From the NCBI GenBank assembly GCA_013265495.1, contig MU058444.1, positions 682,001 to 746,000 of the forward strand: a stretch of DNA of 64,000 nucleotides. The letters are read 5' to 3'. Made by a program: the position numbers and the translations under genes. The notes below the pieces were generated by a model. It was not told the origin of the DNA. It was given only the letters and a program-made list of their open reading frames with translations, and searched no databases. Within the stretch, counting starts at the first letter, position 1. Each line of letters opens with the position of its first letter. This document shows positions 24,780 to 37,990 of the stretch, in pieces. Source of the DNA: Vicugna vicugna (lineage: Eukaryota).

Positions 24780-25340
24780 ATGCCCATTGCCACATCTTTA
24801 GCTCAAGTGACAGAAAAGCCCCGTCTAGCTTAAAGAAAATGAATTTTAACGGCCGATACAAAGAGAAATGGAGAGCAAGGCTGGCTTTAGTTGGCGCTTA
24901 ATTAAGGCAATGTTTCAAGTAGTAGCACCTGGGTCTGGTTTCTGTTGTCCATTTTCAGTTCCTCTTCTTCAGCATTGGTTCTTTTCTCCAAGGGGCTCTG
25001 CCTTATTGCAGCGAATCTAGTCAGAAATTCACACGTCCCCATCTAGTGGAAAGAGACAGCATCCTTTCTCCCAGTTTCCTGAAATCCCTGAGGTCCGCTC
25101 AGGCTGGCCTGACTAGGGTCACGTGCCCACCTCTGAACCAACCACCACGGCCACTGGGGGGCAGCAGAAAGCCGAGGACAAGTCCACCGTGAGAGCCCAT
25201 CCCAGGAGCTGAGCAGGCTGAGTCCAAGTCAGACTCCTGATGAACTGATTGTTGAAGACAGGCTCCCTCACCAAAGACAGAGGCGCCTCCCCCGTGTACA
25301 CCAGTCAGAGGAAGGCGGAAGGGGCTGGAAAACATATCTT
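24780..25340 (-). mobile_element. Old ERVL/MaLR solo LTR (MLT1J/LTR16/LTR33-like)
   Basis: CAAGTGACAGAAAA..AGCTTAAAGAAAATGAATTT and GGTCACGTGCCCACCTCTGAACCAACCAC motifs. Confidence 0.7.
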
Positions 25341-25699
25341 CTCTACCTACTGGTCTTTATTCTTTCCCTCTCAGACTACAGCCACCAATATTTCTGATGC
25401 CCTGTTTTTAGTTGAACGTGAAGGAAATGCTCCCTGTTGCCACCAAGATTTCTGAGATATACAATACTTAGAGATAATAACGTTTGCACACCACAGAAAA
25501 TTTTGGCTATTTTTTTCCTGCTATGCTTAATTAAAACCAGATCTGAGCTAAAACGTGAACGAAAGAATTTAGGGAGGGTAGAAAATAATAACACCAGTGG
25601 CAGTTAGAAAAAAAAAATTTATTGTTGGCATCAGTAGGTTACCATAAAAGCTTAAGATCCCTCATTTCAAAACATGTGTAAAAGGAGCTGGAAGTGTTG

Positions 25700-26120
25700 G
25701 GGGCTTCCTTGAACTTGAATATACCCGTCCACTTTCACACACATGGAATCTGTCCTACGTAAACGATCCAAATGAAGAATACAGACAGATACAAAAAGAT
25801 GTTGAGCATGGCTTTATATATACTAATGAAATACTGGAAGCCATGTGAATTGCTGTTTAAGAAAAATGTGTTATGTTTACTTGCTGTCTTATGCAGCCCC
25901 TAATCATCATATTAACTGTGCTATCACACTGAAAAAAGCTTACAATACGAAATGAGAGGAGTTGATACCTAATGTAAACAACTGTATGTTGCACGTGTGA
26001 AAACACTCTGTAAACCCAATGTGTTCCTTTGTTAGGATGATTCGGCTATGGGCGCATTTTTTGGTTTTATTGTCCAAATTTTCTGTGATATCACTGTATT
26101 ACTCTTATGATTAAAATGTT
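25700..26120 (+). mobile_element. Ancient L1ME-like 3' region
   Basis: Degraded GGAATCTGTCCTA..ATACAAAAAGATGTTGAGCA..ACTGGAAGCC and 3'UTR-like tail. Confidence 0.5.
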
Positions 26121-26244
26121 TAGTGTGTTGTCACTGTAAAAAAAATCTGTGTAAAAGGGAAGATCAACAAAATAAATGATCAGAAATGATGGTAACTCAC
26201 TAACATGCAAATAATAACATCATCCTTTGGGCATGTTCTTACAT

Positions 26245-26640
26245 CTTTTTTCATTGAGGTGTAATTGACATGTTATTGACAAATTGTGTGAATTTAAGGT
26301 GACAAAGTGTTGATTTGATACATTTATATATCGTAGTCTGGTTTCGAGCATATCATTAGTGGACACCTCCATCATATTATATAATTGTCGATGTTTTGTG
26401 TGTGTGTATGTGTGTGTGGTGAGAACATTTAAGACGTATCTCTTAGCAACTTTGAGTGTAAAATACAGTATCACGGACTATAATCACTGTGGTGCATGGG
26501 ATCTCCAGAACTGATTCATCTAGTTGAAAGTTTGCATCCTTTGACCTACATCTCCCCAGTTCCCCTGGTATCCACCACTCTACTCTCTGTTTCTATGACT
26601 TCAGCATTTTGTTTTCCGTAATCAATGAGATCGTGCAGTA
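26245..26640 (-). mobile_element. L1MA/MB-like 3' end
   Basis: TTTTTTCATTGAGGTGTAATTGACAT..GGTGAGAACATTTAAGA..CTCTTAGCAACTTTGAG..GAAAGTTTGCATCCTTTGACC. Confidence 0.85.
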
Positions 26641-26679
26641 TTTACCGTGTTCCTCCTCCTGAAGGGATCTCTCTCATCC

Positions 26680-27280
26680 TTGCCCAGAGGCATTAGAGTG
26701 GTCCCTTGTAAAATACAGTCAGATTGCTCACTCAGCTGTGGAAACTCCCCCATCTCATTTCCCATCTCACATAGAATAAACCCCAAGTCCTTACGGAGGC
26801 TGCACAGCCCACAGTGGTCTGGGCTTGGCACTTCCCCAGCTGAAGCTTCTGCCTCCCTCCTGCTCACTTTGAAGCCGGCTCTCCACGACTACCAGTGTCA
26901 CACCCGCCAAACACGTGGCTGCCTCCGTGCTTCCTCACGTCATACCCCCACCCCCACCCCCGGGGAGACCCACTCGGCTTCCTTGCTTCCTCCTTCACTG
27001 TGTGGTCTCTGTTCCAGTGCCATCTCTTCTGAGCCACCTCCATGCCCACCCTATTTAAGGTGCCACCCCCAACTCATGGCTTCTCATCCTTGAAGTCTGC
27101 TTTATTTCTACCTCCCAAGACTTAAATATATGACACTATCATCTGTATATTTTATTTTTCCTTTAATACCTACTTTCCCATGAGATAGCTCCAGAGAACC
27201 AAGGGCTTGGTCAGGTTTTCTAGGCTGTACACTCAACTAGCAGAGAATCTCCTGGAGTTGGCTCTCAATCATTATTTAGC
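26680..27280 (+). mobile_element. L2 (L2a-like) 3' portion
   Basis: AAAATACAGTCAGATT..TTCCCATCTCACATAGAATAAACCCCAAGTCCTTAC..CTCAATCATTATTT. Confidence 0.8.
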
Positions 27281-27752
27281 TCTGCATTTTCCTGATTTTT
27301 AGTAGCTCGTAAAGGTTTTTAAGCTACTATTTTGCCACAAGCTGAACATTTGTGAATTGCATAGGAACATCTTCTGCAGTTAAAGTGCCACGATGCTGGT
27401 TCACAGAGGTTTCCTAGGAGACTGACATTTTTTTCTGCAACGCAGTTGAGTCACAGTTTGAGCTTCTGCTGTCATGTTGACATTTAGACCCAGGAAACAA
27501 TTATTTTCTCCTTTTGAAGGGTTTGGTAGTCAGTTCCTTCTTTACAGTGAGGAACGAAGGGATGCTAACACTAATAGAACCATTATATTGGTTTTGATGG
27601 TATTTTCTGTCGCTCTCTGCTTCCAGAAAGCCCATCAACCTGAAGATCTGAAGGAAGTGATCAGGAGCTTCGTAAGGGCAAGAACTTTTGGAAAACCAAT
27701 CTTGAATCAAAGAGCAGTGGCATTATAAAAGACTGCCTTTCCAAAGATCATT

Positions 27753-27868
27753 TGTTTTTTGGGGGGAGATCATTAGGTATTATTTATTTAAGTGAAGGGA
27801 CTGGGGATTGAACCCAGGACCACATTCATGCTAAGCATGTGCTTTACCACTGAGCTATACCCTCCCCC
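27753..27868 (-). mobile_element. vic-1-type tRNA-Ala-derived SINE
   Basis: Reverse complement GGGGAGGGTATAGCTCAGTGGTAAAGCACATGCTTAGCATG..GGTCCTGGGTTCAATCCCCAGT; near-TSD CAAAG(A/T)TCATT at 27742-27752 and 27871-27881. Confidence 0.93.
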
Positions 27869-28684
27869 AACAAAGTTCATTCGTGAATTGAGTTACTTCC
27901 AAGTTGGACTGCTTTCCCCCACGTAGATGAGATACACACGCTGGTTAAGTACATAGCCTGGTCCCCAGAAGCTACCCACCCTTCGGTATCTGAAGCATTC
28001 TCACTGTGATTCAATTTACACTTGACCTCATTCATCATATTGCTTCTGCGGGATGTTTTGTTGTTAATTCTAGATTTCAGCTTTCCCCCATTTGGGCTTC
28101 AGTGGGCATGGATTAGAAATTCTTGCATCAAACATGTTAGATGTTTACCCCTTGTATCTGTGTAAAGATACTGGATGTTCTGAATTAACGACCAAATCAA
28201 CTACATTTTTTCTTCCCCTCAACTGGGAGATTGGGTGAGAGATGACTTCAGGTGGGAGTTGTTCCCATGGGAAGGTCTAGAGTTGAAACTACATAGAGAA
28301 GGATTAGTAGTGTGTATAATATTTCAGGATTTGCCTGTGCATGTAAAGTTAGAACCTCTTGAATTGTCAAAGGTCCACGAGGAACAGCCCAGGCTGGTGC
28401 AAATGTTAATTGTGTTAGACAGAAGCATGGGTGACTGGGAGCGGGAAACTGAGAGCTTGTTGAAAGTGCAGAGCTGAGAAATTAAACAGAGGTTTGCCGC
28501 CTTTAGAATAGATCTAGTATTAGACAGGATCTCCAACCCTGCAGCTGATCTAAATTCTTAAGGAACCATAGATTTGGAAAGTCAATCATTGTCTAACGTT
28601 TGGATCTTTGCAAAACTACTTTGTAATAGATTGGGGGGAATAAAGCTTCAGGCAAAGCATGCCAAAAACCCTCTTGTACATTCA

Positions 28685-28810
28685 CCCTACAAGTCTATGG
28701 GGCAAGAATTTTTGCTTGTTTTACTGTAATTTTACTTGTCCATTACTGCGCCCCAATGCCTAGAACTGATACACAATATGTTCTCAATAAATATTTGCTA
28801 AGTAATTTGT
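28685..28810 (+). mobile_element. L2 3' end
   Basis: CCCCAATGCCTAGAAC..CTCAATAAATATTTG. Confidence 0.75.
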
Positions 28811-28829
28811 TGGAACACAATGCCTTCCC

Positions 28830-29266
28830 CTCACCAGGGACGTCAAAGAGACGTGATATCCTCTGTTTCCATCCATCAAGGACGTGAGCAGGCGCCTTTG
28901 GTACAGCCAAGGGAACACTTCCGTCAGGGAGTTAAGACCCTCGTGGGACAGATGCCAGTCAGCTTAGATGTTACGCTTAGTAGCAGTAGTGGCATCAGAC
29001 GTGTGGGGTGGTTTGAAAGCTCTGCTCTCGTGGCGTCAGTGTTCACAGCATCATGGCGACAGACCCAGCGGCTGAGTCTTGTCTGACCATTTCCTTGCCT
29101 TTGGAATATGGTTCTTCCTGTCTGGCCTCCCGGGGGGTCTGGTTCTTTTCTGAACTTGGTTTTGAGCTTTTCTATTGAGTCCTCGTGGTGCCTGTTACTG
29201 TTCCTTTCCTGAGTAAGTTTGCCGGAGTTGGTGTCTGCTGTTGGCACGAGAGGGTCTGAACTGACG
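28830..29266 (+). mobile_element. Old ERVL-class solo LTR (LTR41/LTR33-like)
   Basis: 3' end TTCCTTTCCTGAGTAAGTTTGCCGGAGTTGGTGTCTGCTGTTGGCA resembles 9080-9150; 5' boundary uncertain. Confidence 0.5.
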
Positions 29267-29589
29267 TGGGGCAGGAGACAACAAGCGGTCCATATAAATG
29301 AGGAGTTGGGATGAGGGGGTTAAGGGGCAGCACAAACCCTTCTGTGGACTCTGGAGATTAAAGGAAACATCCAGCCCTTGGAATTGGAGAAACATCTAAG
29401 AAGGGCTGGTTCACAGATGGGTACTTAGTACAGGATCAGCCAGGTAGATGTCTGATTACAGAACCAGGTACCAGGTCCAGGCAGAACTAGGGGAAGGTTC
29501 TTCAAGTCTTCCTTGCAGACTGACTCACCACTTTACTGGCCTCTATCTGCAACTCTAAGAGTTCCGGTTCCTGAGATACTTCAACTCGA

Positions 29590-29910
29590 CGTGTGGAGGA
29601 ACCTCTCTCTCTTTCACTTCCTGTGATAATTAATGCCATGATCATCCCCCAGTTACCCAATATTGAAATCCCAACATCTCAGACAGCCACTCACCTCTCG
29701 CTAATCAGGCCTCTTATCCAGTGAGTCATCTCTCCATCTTTATAGGCCTAAGATCAAGCAATGCTTATCTTCCCTTAAGCAATTAAAATAGCTCCTTAGC
29801 CAGAATTGCCATCAATACACAATTCTGTCAAGTACAATGTATCCTCATTAATTCCACGATTATTATTCTAAAGCAATAGTGCAATCTTGCTCTACCTGCT
29901 GAAAAATTTT
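29590..29910 (+). mobile_element. L2 fragment
   Basis: CATCCCCAGTTACCCAA..CTTATCCAGTGAGTCA..TTATTCTAAAGCA..CCTGCTGAAAA. Confidence 0.55.
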
Positions 29911-30449
29911 CAAAGGGTGTTTATTTTTTTTAACAGACGGCAGTGGGAACACTTTAGGAAGCAGTGTAAAATTAAAATTCTCATTATTTTCACGGAAAGA
30001 GTTGGGGAGAGTGTATGACAGATCATGGACACTTTACTACTGACATTGATAGAAAAGTACATGGTCAAATATATTTAAGTATCTCCAGTATTCATAAAAC
30101 ACATTTCTAAAAGGAAACAACCAGACTGTTGAAAATCATGAGGTGGCAAGAATTCTAAAAGATAAATGTACAAAAACGCAGAATAGACGTGACTTTCATA
30201 ATAGCAAAGAAGAATTCAATGTAGGAGGATTAAAAAGGGACAGAGAGAGTACATGTTGGAAAAAGGGTAAAACAAAGTCAGAAGAAATGACAGATAAAAC
30301 TTTATATAACAAAGAAAAGAGAATCAAAATAGCCATGGCAGAACTGTTAGATACACAAAGAGAAACTGACAATATGAAGAACCTGGTGGAAAGTTTCAGC
30401 GTGAGCCTCAGAATCTACAATTGGTGCATAAAATAAAGAACACCTTGCT

Positions 30450-31130
30450 CCGTTTTCTTCAAGCTTCTGATGCTGTAAGTTGTTCTGGTATAAAGTCTCT
30501 TAAGTCTAAACTTTTAAATTTCTCTCTCTCTGAAAGTGTCTGAGTTCTCCGTATGCTTGGCTTTATTAATTTTAATGACGTTTATTGTGTATTTTTTATT
30601 CAATGTGCTGGTCACCAGTGGGCACTGTTCATTTTGGAAGTTCATGTCCTTAAGTGTTAAAAAACTGTCTTAAATTATTTATTGAATAATTGCTGGTGTG
30701 TTCAATGCAGGTTGAGATTTTAGATCATCTCATGCTGTTACCATTTTCTACGACTGTCATTTCTCTATGTTTGTTATTCTCATTCACGTTTTCTATTTCT
30801 ATTGAATTTGTTGTGCTCTCACATTTTTATCTTCTAAAACTTATTTCTTGTGCTTGTAATGTCCTCCCCCCTTCTAAAAATTAGCATCCTATTTGTGTTT
30901 CATAGGTGAAACACCTTTTCTTAATTTTTCCAAAATAGCATTTATAGGTACTTTTTAAAGTTTTCTTCCATCTCTTTGAAGACTTCCTTTATGTTTTCAT
31001 GTTACAATAGTTCTTTAAATGTCTGAAATTTCCTGTCTATCTGATCATATTTAAGAGCAAGGGACTTACACATTGTTTGAAAGCTTCAGTCGTGTGGATT
31101 TTCTCTGTCGACTGCTGAGATGAAGTAGGA
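30450..31130 (-). mobile_element. HAL1 / ancient L1 ORF1-region fragment
   Basis: ATTCAATGTGCTGGTCACCAGTGGGCAC..TTCATTTTGGAAGTTCATGTCCTT matches a recalled HAL1 antisense motif. Confidence 0.65.
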
Positions 31131-31149
31131 TGATTAAGCAAAGACCCTG

Positions 31150-31320
31150 TGGTCCCTCTCTGTGTGGTCTTAACAAGTGACCTAATCTTCCTGCATCATC
31201 TGTAGAAAGAATAATGGAGCTCAGTCAAAAAGATTGTTTTGGAGATTGAGATAACACGTGTGAATTTCTGAGGCCGGTGCCTACCACGGGTGCTCTGTCC
31301 ACGTGTTTATGATGGGTAGC
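31150..31320 (+). mobile_element. MIR
   Basis: TGTGTGGTCTTAACAAGTGACCTAATCT..CATCTGTAGAA..GATTGAGATAACACGTG..GTGCCTA. Confidence 0.65.
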
Positions 31321-31849
31321 TATTGTCTGCAACATGCTTAGACAGGGGTGGGCAGAGGCTCTTCCTACTTTCCTTTGTTTCCCTCCTTCCTCTCTAGTGT
31401 TGTGCAGTGAACACAGGTGTTTAAAAGATGAGCTGTAGAGTTGAAGAGATTTGGAAATACCTATCTCTGTATTTCTCGGTATCTCGAATGAAGATAAAAA
31501 CATTTTGTGCAGTGTGTTGAGATGTTTTTGAACTCAAAGTGTTTGTCTCCTCCATCATTACTGTCATTCAAAATATGGATTAGGGGATCAGGCAAGCATT
31601 TTCTTCAGAGACTCCCTTCCAAAGATTTGAATTCTAAATGAAGCCTTGCTTCACAGCTGTCAGCGGAGCAGAGGTGGGAGGCACTGAGACAGCATCTCAC
31701 CAGGATGCCTCTTGTGTAAAGGCTCTACCTCGAAGCAGACGGACCAAAGTTCACGTGTATAGATTCAGCTCTGCGGAGAATTCACGCTCAACGGATGTAC
31801 CAGTGACTCAGTGCTGCTCATTAAATGCAGGGGATGCCACGTCATAGTC

Positions 31850-32065
31850 ATTAAGTTTGGGAACAAGGGAAATCACCCTGTCTGTGACTGCATCACGTGT
31901 AACCCAGAACAAGTCGAGTCACTTCATCTCTTTTTGCTGGTGTGTCCTTGTGTATAAAACACAACACTGTAGCACTCATAGTGCGGAGATAAAGGTACAC
32001 TGAGAAAGAAAACACAACAGGGCATTGGAAACCGGACCTAGCACCTAGAACTACTCAATAGGTTT
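31850..32065 (+). mobile_element. MIR
   Basis: AGTCACTTCATCTCT..TGTATAAAA..TAGCACCTAGAACTACTCAATA. Confidence 0.6.
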
Positions 32066-32259
32066 TCTTATAATTTTAGTCCAATAGGCTCTTGTACATG
32101 GAGTGATATGTTTAAAACTATTTGTAATTTACTCAATGCTCAATGTTTTAATATTGTTATTGATAAAATAATATTAACCTGAATACTCAAATAATTAAAA
32201 AAACTAATGTATCACACGTTGAAAAAAGGGAAATTTTCCAGTTATTTAAATATTGATTA

Positions 32260-33006
32260 CATGTGCTTTTTGATCATTTGTATGTCTTGCTTGGAGAATT
32301 GCTTGTTTAGGTCTTCTGCCCATTTTTGGATTGGGTTGTTTATTTTTTTCTTATTGAGTTGTATGAGCTGCTTATATATTCTGGAGATCAAGCCTTTGTC
32401 GGTTTCACTTGCAAAAATGTTCTCCCATTCCGTAGGTTGTCTTCTTGTTTTACTTCTGGTTTCCTTTGCTNNNNNNNNNNNNNNNNNNNNNNNNNNNNNN
32501 NNNNNNNNNNNNNNNNNNNNNNNNNNNNNNNNNNNNNNNNNNNNNNNNNNNNNNNNNNNNNNNNNNNNNNNNNNNNNNNNNNNNNNNNNNNNNNNNNNNN
32601 NNNNNNNNNNNNNNNNNNNNNNNNNNNNNNNNNNNNNNNNNNNNNNNNNNNNNNNNNNNNNNNNNNNNNNNNNNNNNNNNNNNNNNNNNNNNNNNNNNNN
32701 NNNNNNNNNNNNNNNNNNNNNNNNNNNNNNNNNNNNNNNNNNNNNNNNNNNNNNNNNNNNNNNNNNNNNNNNNNNNNNNNNNNNNNNNNNNNNNNNNNNN
32801 NNNNNNNNNNNNNNNNNNNNNNNNNNNNNNNNNNNNNNNNNNNNNNNNNNNNNNNNNNNNNNNNNATTGGATAGGGATTGCATTAAATCTGTAGATTGCC
32901 TTGGGCAGTGTGACCATTTTAACAATATTGATTCTTCCAATCCAAGAGCATGGAATATCTTTCCATTTTTTAAAGTCTTCTTTAATTTCCTTCATCAGTG
33001 GTTTAT
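32260..33006 (-). mobile_element. Internal ORF2 fragment of a young L1, spanning an assembly gap
   Basis: Both gap flanks are nearly identical to 21319-21459 and 22010-22220; no 3'UTR or poly(A) visible. Confidence 0.93.
32471..32865. other. Assembly gap (395 N)
   Basis: Run of N. Confidence 1.
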
Positions 33007-34345
33007 TTATTTAATCAGATTTCCCAAACAAGTAATTAAAATCATAATGTATACTCTCACAGATTTAATTGCTTTTGTCACTTAAAAAAGCGGGCAGAAC
33101 ACACTTTAAAATTTAAAGAATTTTAAAAGGTATGAACTTACACTTAATCGAGTTACAAAATCATCAACATAGTGTGGATAGATCTATTTCTACTAACCTT
33201 GTTTATTCTTATTCTCAGTCAACATGCTCATTTTTCAGCTGCTTCTTATGCCTGCCTGGGTTATAATAATTTCGTCAGATACATTTCCATATTTCCCTTA
33301 AAACAGAGCCATCTTCCAGGCCGGGGGCAAAAATAACAGATTCTTGTCTCATGGAAGCTGAGGTTGCAAGGTCCTGGATGATTGGTCGATTCTTCGTTGG
33401 CGTAAGGAGCTAACTGTATTTTCCAAACCTCACCAGCAGTGCTTCAAACTGGGTACTTTCTTGTTAAGAAAAACTCACCTCCACGGCTACATCGGGGGGA
33501 CGCTGAGCCCAGACTTCTTCATAGAGCTTTCACTTTGCAGATCCTGTCCCCTTTCCAACGATCCTGTTGAGAGATTTTACTTAGCCTGTGTTGTACACCT
33601 CTGTCTTCACCTTTCTGTTGACCTCAGCTCTTAGGCCAAGTGAAAACATCCTTGACTAGTTAACACCGCATTACCAACAATGTAGGGGCTTTATTCCCAG
33701 GGGACAAAGGGTTGCCTTCAAAACTACCTCTCCTCTTGAGAACTTTGTCTAAGCCATCATCCTAGCTCCTCTTTATATCTGTCATTGTGTCACCACCAGG
33801 GCAGGTTAGCCATGGGCTGTCATGCGTGTTTATTTGGTTGACGAGTTCTCTCTGTTCCTTCCCAGGAGTTTATGGCTTTGAGCTCCGTGTTCTCATTCCT
33901 TCCCTCAATTGACAGAGAAGACTTTGTACTTTATGAGTAGAAATATGCCTCATCATAGAAACAATATTCAAATGCTCCAAACTCATTAAAAATCAATACA
34001 ATTATGTATTTTTAGAAATACCATTCCCTTTGCACGATAAATAATTGCTTAAACACATCACATTCATTTCTCCATTTTGAGTATCCTTTTGAATGTATGG
34101 CTTGTCACAGATTCGACTTGTTCCATTTAATTACAGTTTTTTTTTTCCATTGAGAGTGAGCATCTGAACGTCTGATGTGACTCCTTTTCCCTGTCATCAA
34201 CACTTTTGAAACCTGTGAAAAGATTCCTGCTCTTTCTCAAGATAGTCCTGATCCACTTGAGTTTTCCCTACAGTGGGACATGAACACAGCTTCTCTCCTT
34301 GTTTTTTTCTTGGTGTTAGGAGTGTGCCTAAAATCATCTTCATCA

Positions 34346-34712
34346 AAGAGAAAGACAGATATCATGTGATAGCATTTGTCTGTGGAATCTGATAATAGGA
34401 CACAGATGAACTCATTTACAAAACAGAAACAGACTCACAGACAGAAAACAAACTTACAGTTACCAAAGGTGGGGGATAAATAAGGAATCTGAGATTAACA
34501 GATGCACACTACTACACATAAAATAGATAAACAACAAAGACCTACCATGGAGCACAGGGAAGTATGTTTAATATCTTGTAATAATTTATAACAAAAAAGA
34601 ATATATAAATGTATAGCTGAATCATCATGCTGTACACCAGAAACTAATGCAACATTGTAAATCAACTATACTTCAATTAAATAATAAAGTTAAAAACAGT
34701 GGAGAAAAAAAA
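34346..34712 (+). mobile_element. L1 3' end (artiodactyl-type)
   Basis: AAAGAGAAAGACAGATATCATGTGATA..TGTGGAATCTGA..CAACTATACTTCAATTAAA; degenerate TSD AAAATCATCTTCATCA / AAGATCGTCATATCA. Confidence 0.92.
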
Positions 34713-36679
34713 AGATCGTCATATCATTGATAGACAATGTGACACTGGATCAGGGTACTTTAGCGAGAGAATTGCAAACAATGAGTTCACAGTGTTTCCT
34801 CTTTTATAGAGGTCTTCCTCTACCCCTCTTTCTTTGTTGTAAGACAACAGTTTTCCATTTGCCTTCTTTACAAGATACTGATTTAAATCATTATCTCCTC
34901 CCTCAAAGTTTAACTGTATTTCCTTCTTCTTATAATCCTTATAGACGTCACTGACAATTGTTAATTTTTTGTATACATTATTGAGTTTACTACAGAAATT
35001 CCACCTTTTAGAATTTTGGGTTTTCTGTACTATGTTTCATTTACAAAGAACCGTATCAAAGAATGAAGATGTTTCCATGAGATGTTATAAAATATGAAAT
35101 TATAAATAATCGTTAATTTGCCTCAAACTGCTATGAATACTAATGCATTTGTTTACAAAGACATTGACCAAAGGGACTGAAATATCTCATCCACTACATG
35201 TATTTCATAGATCAAAGGACTTTCATTATGTGTCTATTATTTTTTTTTATTGAATAATGATGCATCTCACTAAACTGGATTTCATGTACTATTAGGAGTA
35301 CATCCAACTTGAGTAAATGAATAAGAACCGTAAACTCTGTACACTCTAATTCACCGGGAACTTGGAACAATTTGGGACTGAAATTGTGTAATTAGCCTGG
35401 CTTTCTCACAAGCACATTTTTGACATGAGAGGACAAATCTCACCAAGAGCAATAACACATCCGTGACAGCCCATCAGTGGGACAGAGGACAGTAATTCCG
35501 GCTACGTGTCTTCTTCTGGAAAACTTGGAAACACAGTGGGCAAATATTCAAAACTGGAACGAAACACAGCATCTCAGAACTACACAGATGTTGAAAATCA
35601 TAAAATAAGAAACTGGCATGCTGCCGAGTTTAATTGATAAATAGATATTAAAGCATTATTCTGTGGGACACATGGTTGTTCTGGTTTGCAAATTCAGCAA
35701 AAGAGGTTCCACCTGGTGAAGAGACTTTCCCAGAGTTATATTATTTGTAACCCTTTTCATTTAAATGTGATTTGGATCTGAAAACACAGAACAAGAACAT
35801 CCTGAAAGTGCTTCTTGTTTTCTTCACTGAGAAGTAGATTTAATTTGAATTTTATTTTGCTTTAAGATGAGGTACCCAAAAGGACCACCTCAAGCTCTCT
35901 GCTCTTCCCTCCTCCTCTTCTCTTTCTTTTCTTAAAATCATAAGACTGGGGAGAATGGCCTACCACCCTAACTTCAGGTACGATACGGGAAACTGATGGT
36001 AGGAATACTGACATGTGTTTGAAAGAGACAGAAACTGACATCTTCACATCTGTTCCTGTCATAACAGTATAAAGCACGTAAAAGTCTCTTTAGAGGCAGT
36101 GCAATGCTATATTTAATATAATAAATATTGCTTATTAGACTTTGCTGTGTCAACATTTTAGTGAATTTTCCAGGAGACTTACTTGTGGTCGTAAAAATGA
36201 TACGGTCTGTCCCTTTTTTCCTTTTCGCAGCTAATCACTGAGAGTTAAGAAACTACAGAAGTGAGCTGTTTGTCATGAGATCAGTTGACCTACATCTTAC
36301 AAAGAACCCTGCTTTTTCTTAGAAACAGAAAGCATCTAGCTCTCCTCTTGGTTTGAGACTTTTTAAAGAACTTACTTCTTCCTTTTGCTTTGAGCAGTCA
36401 GTGCGCTGAGACTGAGCGGGTTGCTCACCTCTCCTGCAGCACCGTCACCGTCCCTTTGCAGAGTCACTTGTGAGAGGAAGTCTGTGCGCTCCCCTAAGGG
36501 TTCAGAAAAGAGACTCCGACTTTTTTGATATGAGCCAGTATGCAGTATCTATGACTTTCTGAGAAGTCCTAGGTAGGGAGGGAGGAAGAGAATGTACTGA
36601 AAATATGCATCATTTCCAGTTAGCCAAGAAAATTGGATCTAATTAGCAGGTTCAGCTAAGTAGGAAAAGAGGGCGCGAA

Positions 36680-36842
36680 GGTAGCATGCCTCAGAATCAC
36701 CCCGAAGGCTATTAAAACACCCACGGCTGAGCCTCCCCCAGATTTCTGATTCAGCAAGGTCTAGGGCAAAGGAATCGCGTTTCTCATAAGTACCCGGAGA
36801 TTCTGCTGCTGTTGTTCTGAACACCACATTTTGAGAACGTGG
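36680..36842 (-). mobile_element. MER5A
   Basis: CAGAATCACCCCGAAGGCTATTAAAACAC..TTTCTGATTCAGCAAGGTCT..ACCACATTTTGAGAAC. Confidence 0.85.
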
Positions 36843-37070
36843 CGTTAAGAATCAGGTGCTCTGTCAGCCCACTAGGTTGTGAGTCGTCCAAAAATGCAGT
36901 AACTTTTTCTTTTCATTCGTCATCTCACTGAACACAATATACTGAACATAACACACTCTCAGTCAATTGATACTTGTTAAACTTAACTCAGATGTTCTGT
37001 GGATAAGCCCCTAGACTCAGACCAAACTCCAATTCCCCCTATTATATTGACCTCTTCTGTCTCCATAGCA

Positions 37071-37197
37071 TTTATTTATTTATTTGTGGGGAGAGAGAAT
37101 TCAGTTTATTTATTTACTTATTTATCTTTAACGGAGGTACTGGGGATTGAACCCAGGACCTCGTGCCTGTGAAGCACACACTCCACCACTGAGCTAT
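37071..37197 (-). mobile_element. vic-1-type SINE lacking its first few bases
   Basis: GGAGGTACTGGGGATTGAACCCAGGACCTCGTGC..CCACTGAGCTAT preceded by (TTTA)n. Confidence 0.92.
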
Positions 37198-37876
37198 TAT
37201 TATTTATTATTATTGAAAGTTATCTTAAGGGTTTACCTTTTATTATTTGTCCCCCACTCACACACTCACACTAGTTTTCGTTTGTTTGTTTTGCACTAGT
37301 TTTTAAAATCTGCTTCTATTCAGTTCAGTGTTGAATGTCAAATACTTGGGGAACGAATGGATTACGTAGTGGGTTGCTGTAAAACCAACCTTTAACGTCC
37401 CAAGTGTCCGTCTGACAATGTGGCAGCTCACGTTATTTTGACTTAGGCAAAGTTCACTCAGCCTTAAGCAAAATTAAAAGTAGGTAACTGCTCAACTGTG
37501 TTGAAAAGTTTGCAAAGGGAACTATCCCTGGGGAACAGAATGAGAGCAAAGATGTATTTTTTTAAATCATTCCTTCCTGAACCCGTCTCCACTCTATAGC
37601 ATCTTCCTGTGTCTTAACACCCTCTCTCTTTGGCCTTCTCCTTCCCTCCCCCTGACCCTTACGGGTCTCATATTCAGTTTCTTTGTTCACGCTGTGGTAT
37701 AAAGCAGCCAATTGCAGCTGGATATGTTAGCTTTTCCAGGGAATACATGGTTTTAAAAATCAAGGTTTAAGCATTCCTATTGTGACGTTAACATATGCTC
37801 ATTTTGAAAAAATGTACCAAAAATTAGATTAAAAGGAAGGAAAAAAATCACCTCTTTTTATACAACCAGAGATGAC

Positions 37877-37990
37877 ATTTATAATACATATATATAATAT
37901 GTATATGCATATATATACACACACATATATATACAAAATATATATATTAAAATATATATATTATATATATTATAATACATAATATATATA
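37877..37990. repeat. (TA)n-rich low-complexity tract
   Basis: Direct inspection. Confidence 0.9.

Noticed and set aside
26647..27093. 148-aa Pro/Ser-rich ORF
   Set aside because: Lies within an L2 relic
30143..30436. 97-aa charged ORF
   Set aside because: A-rich sequence beside HAL1; probably a decayed ORF1-like repeat or chance ORF, no gene context
32207..33085. Long ORFs of 149-292 aa
   Set aside because: Artefacts of translating through the N gap
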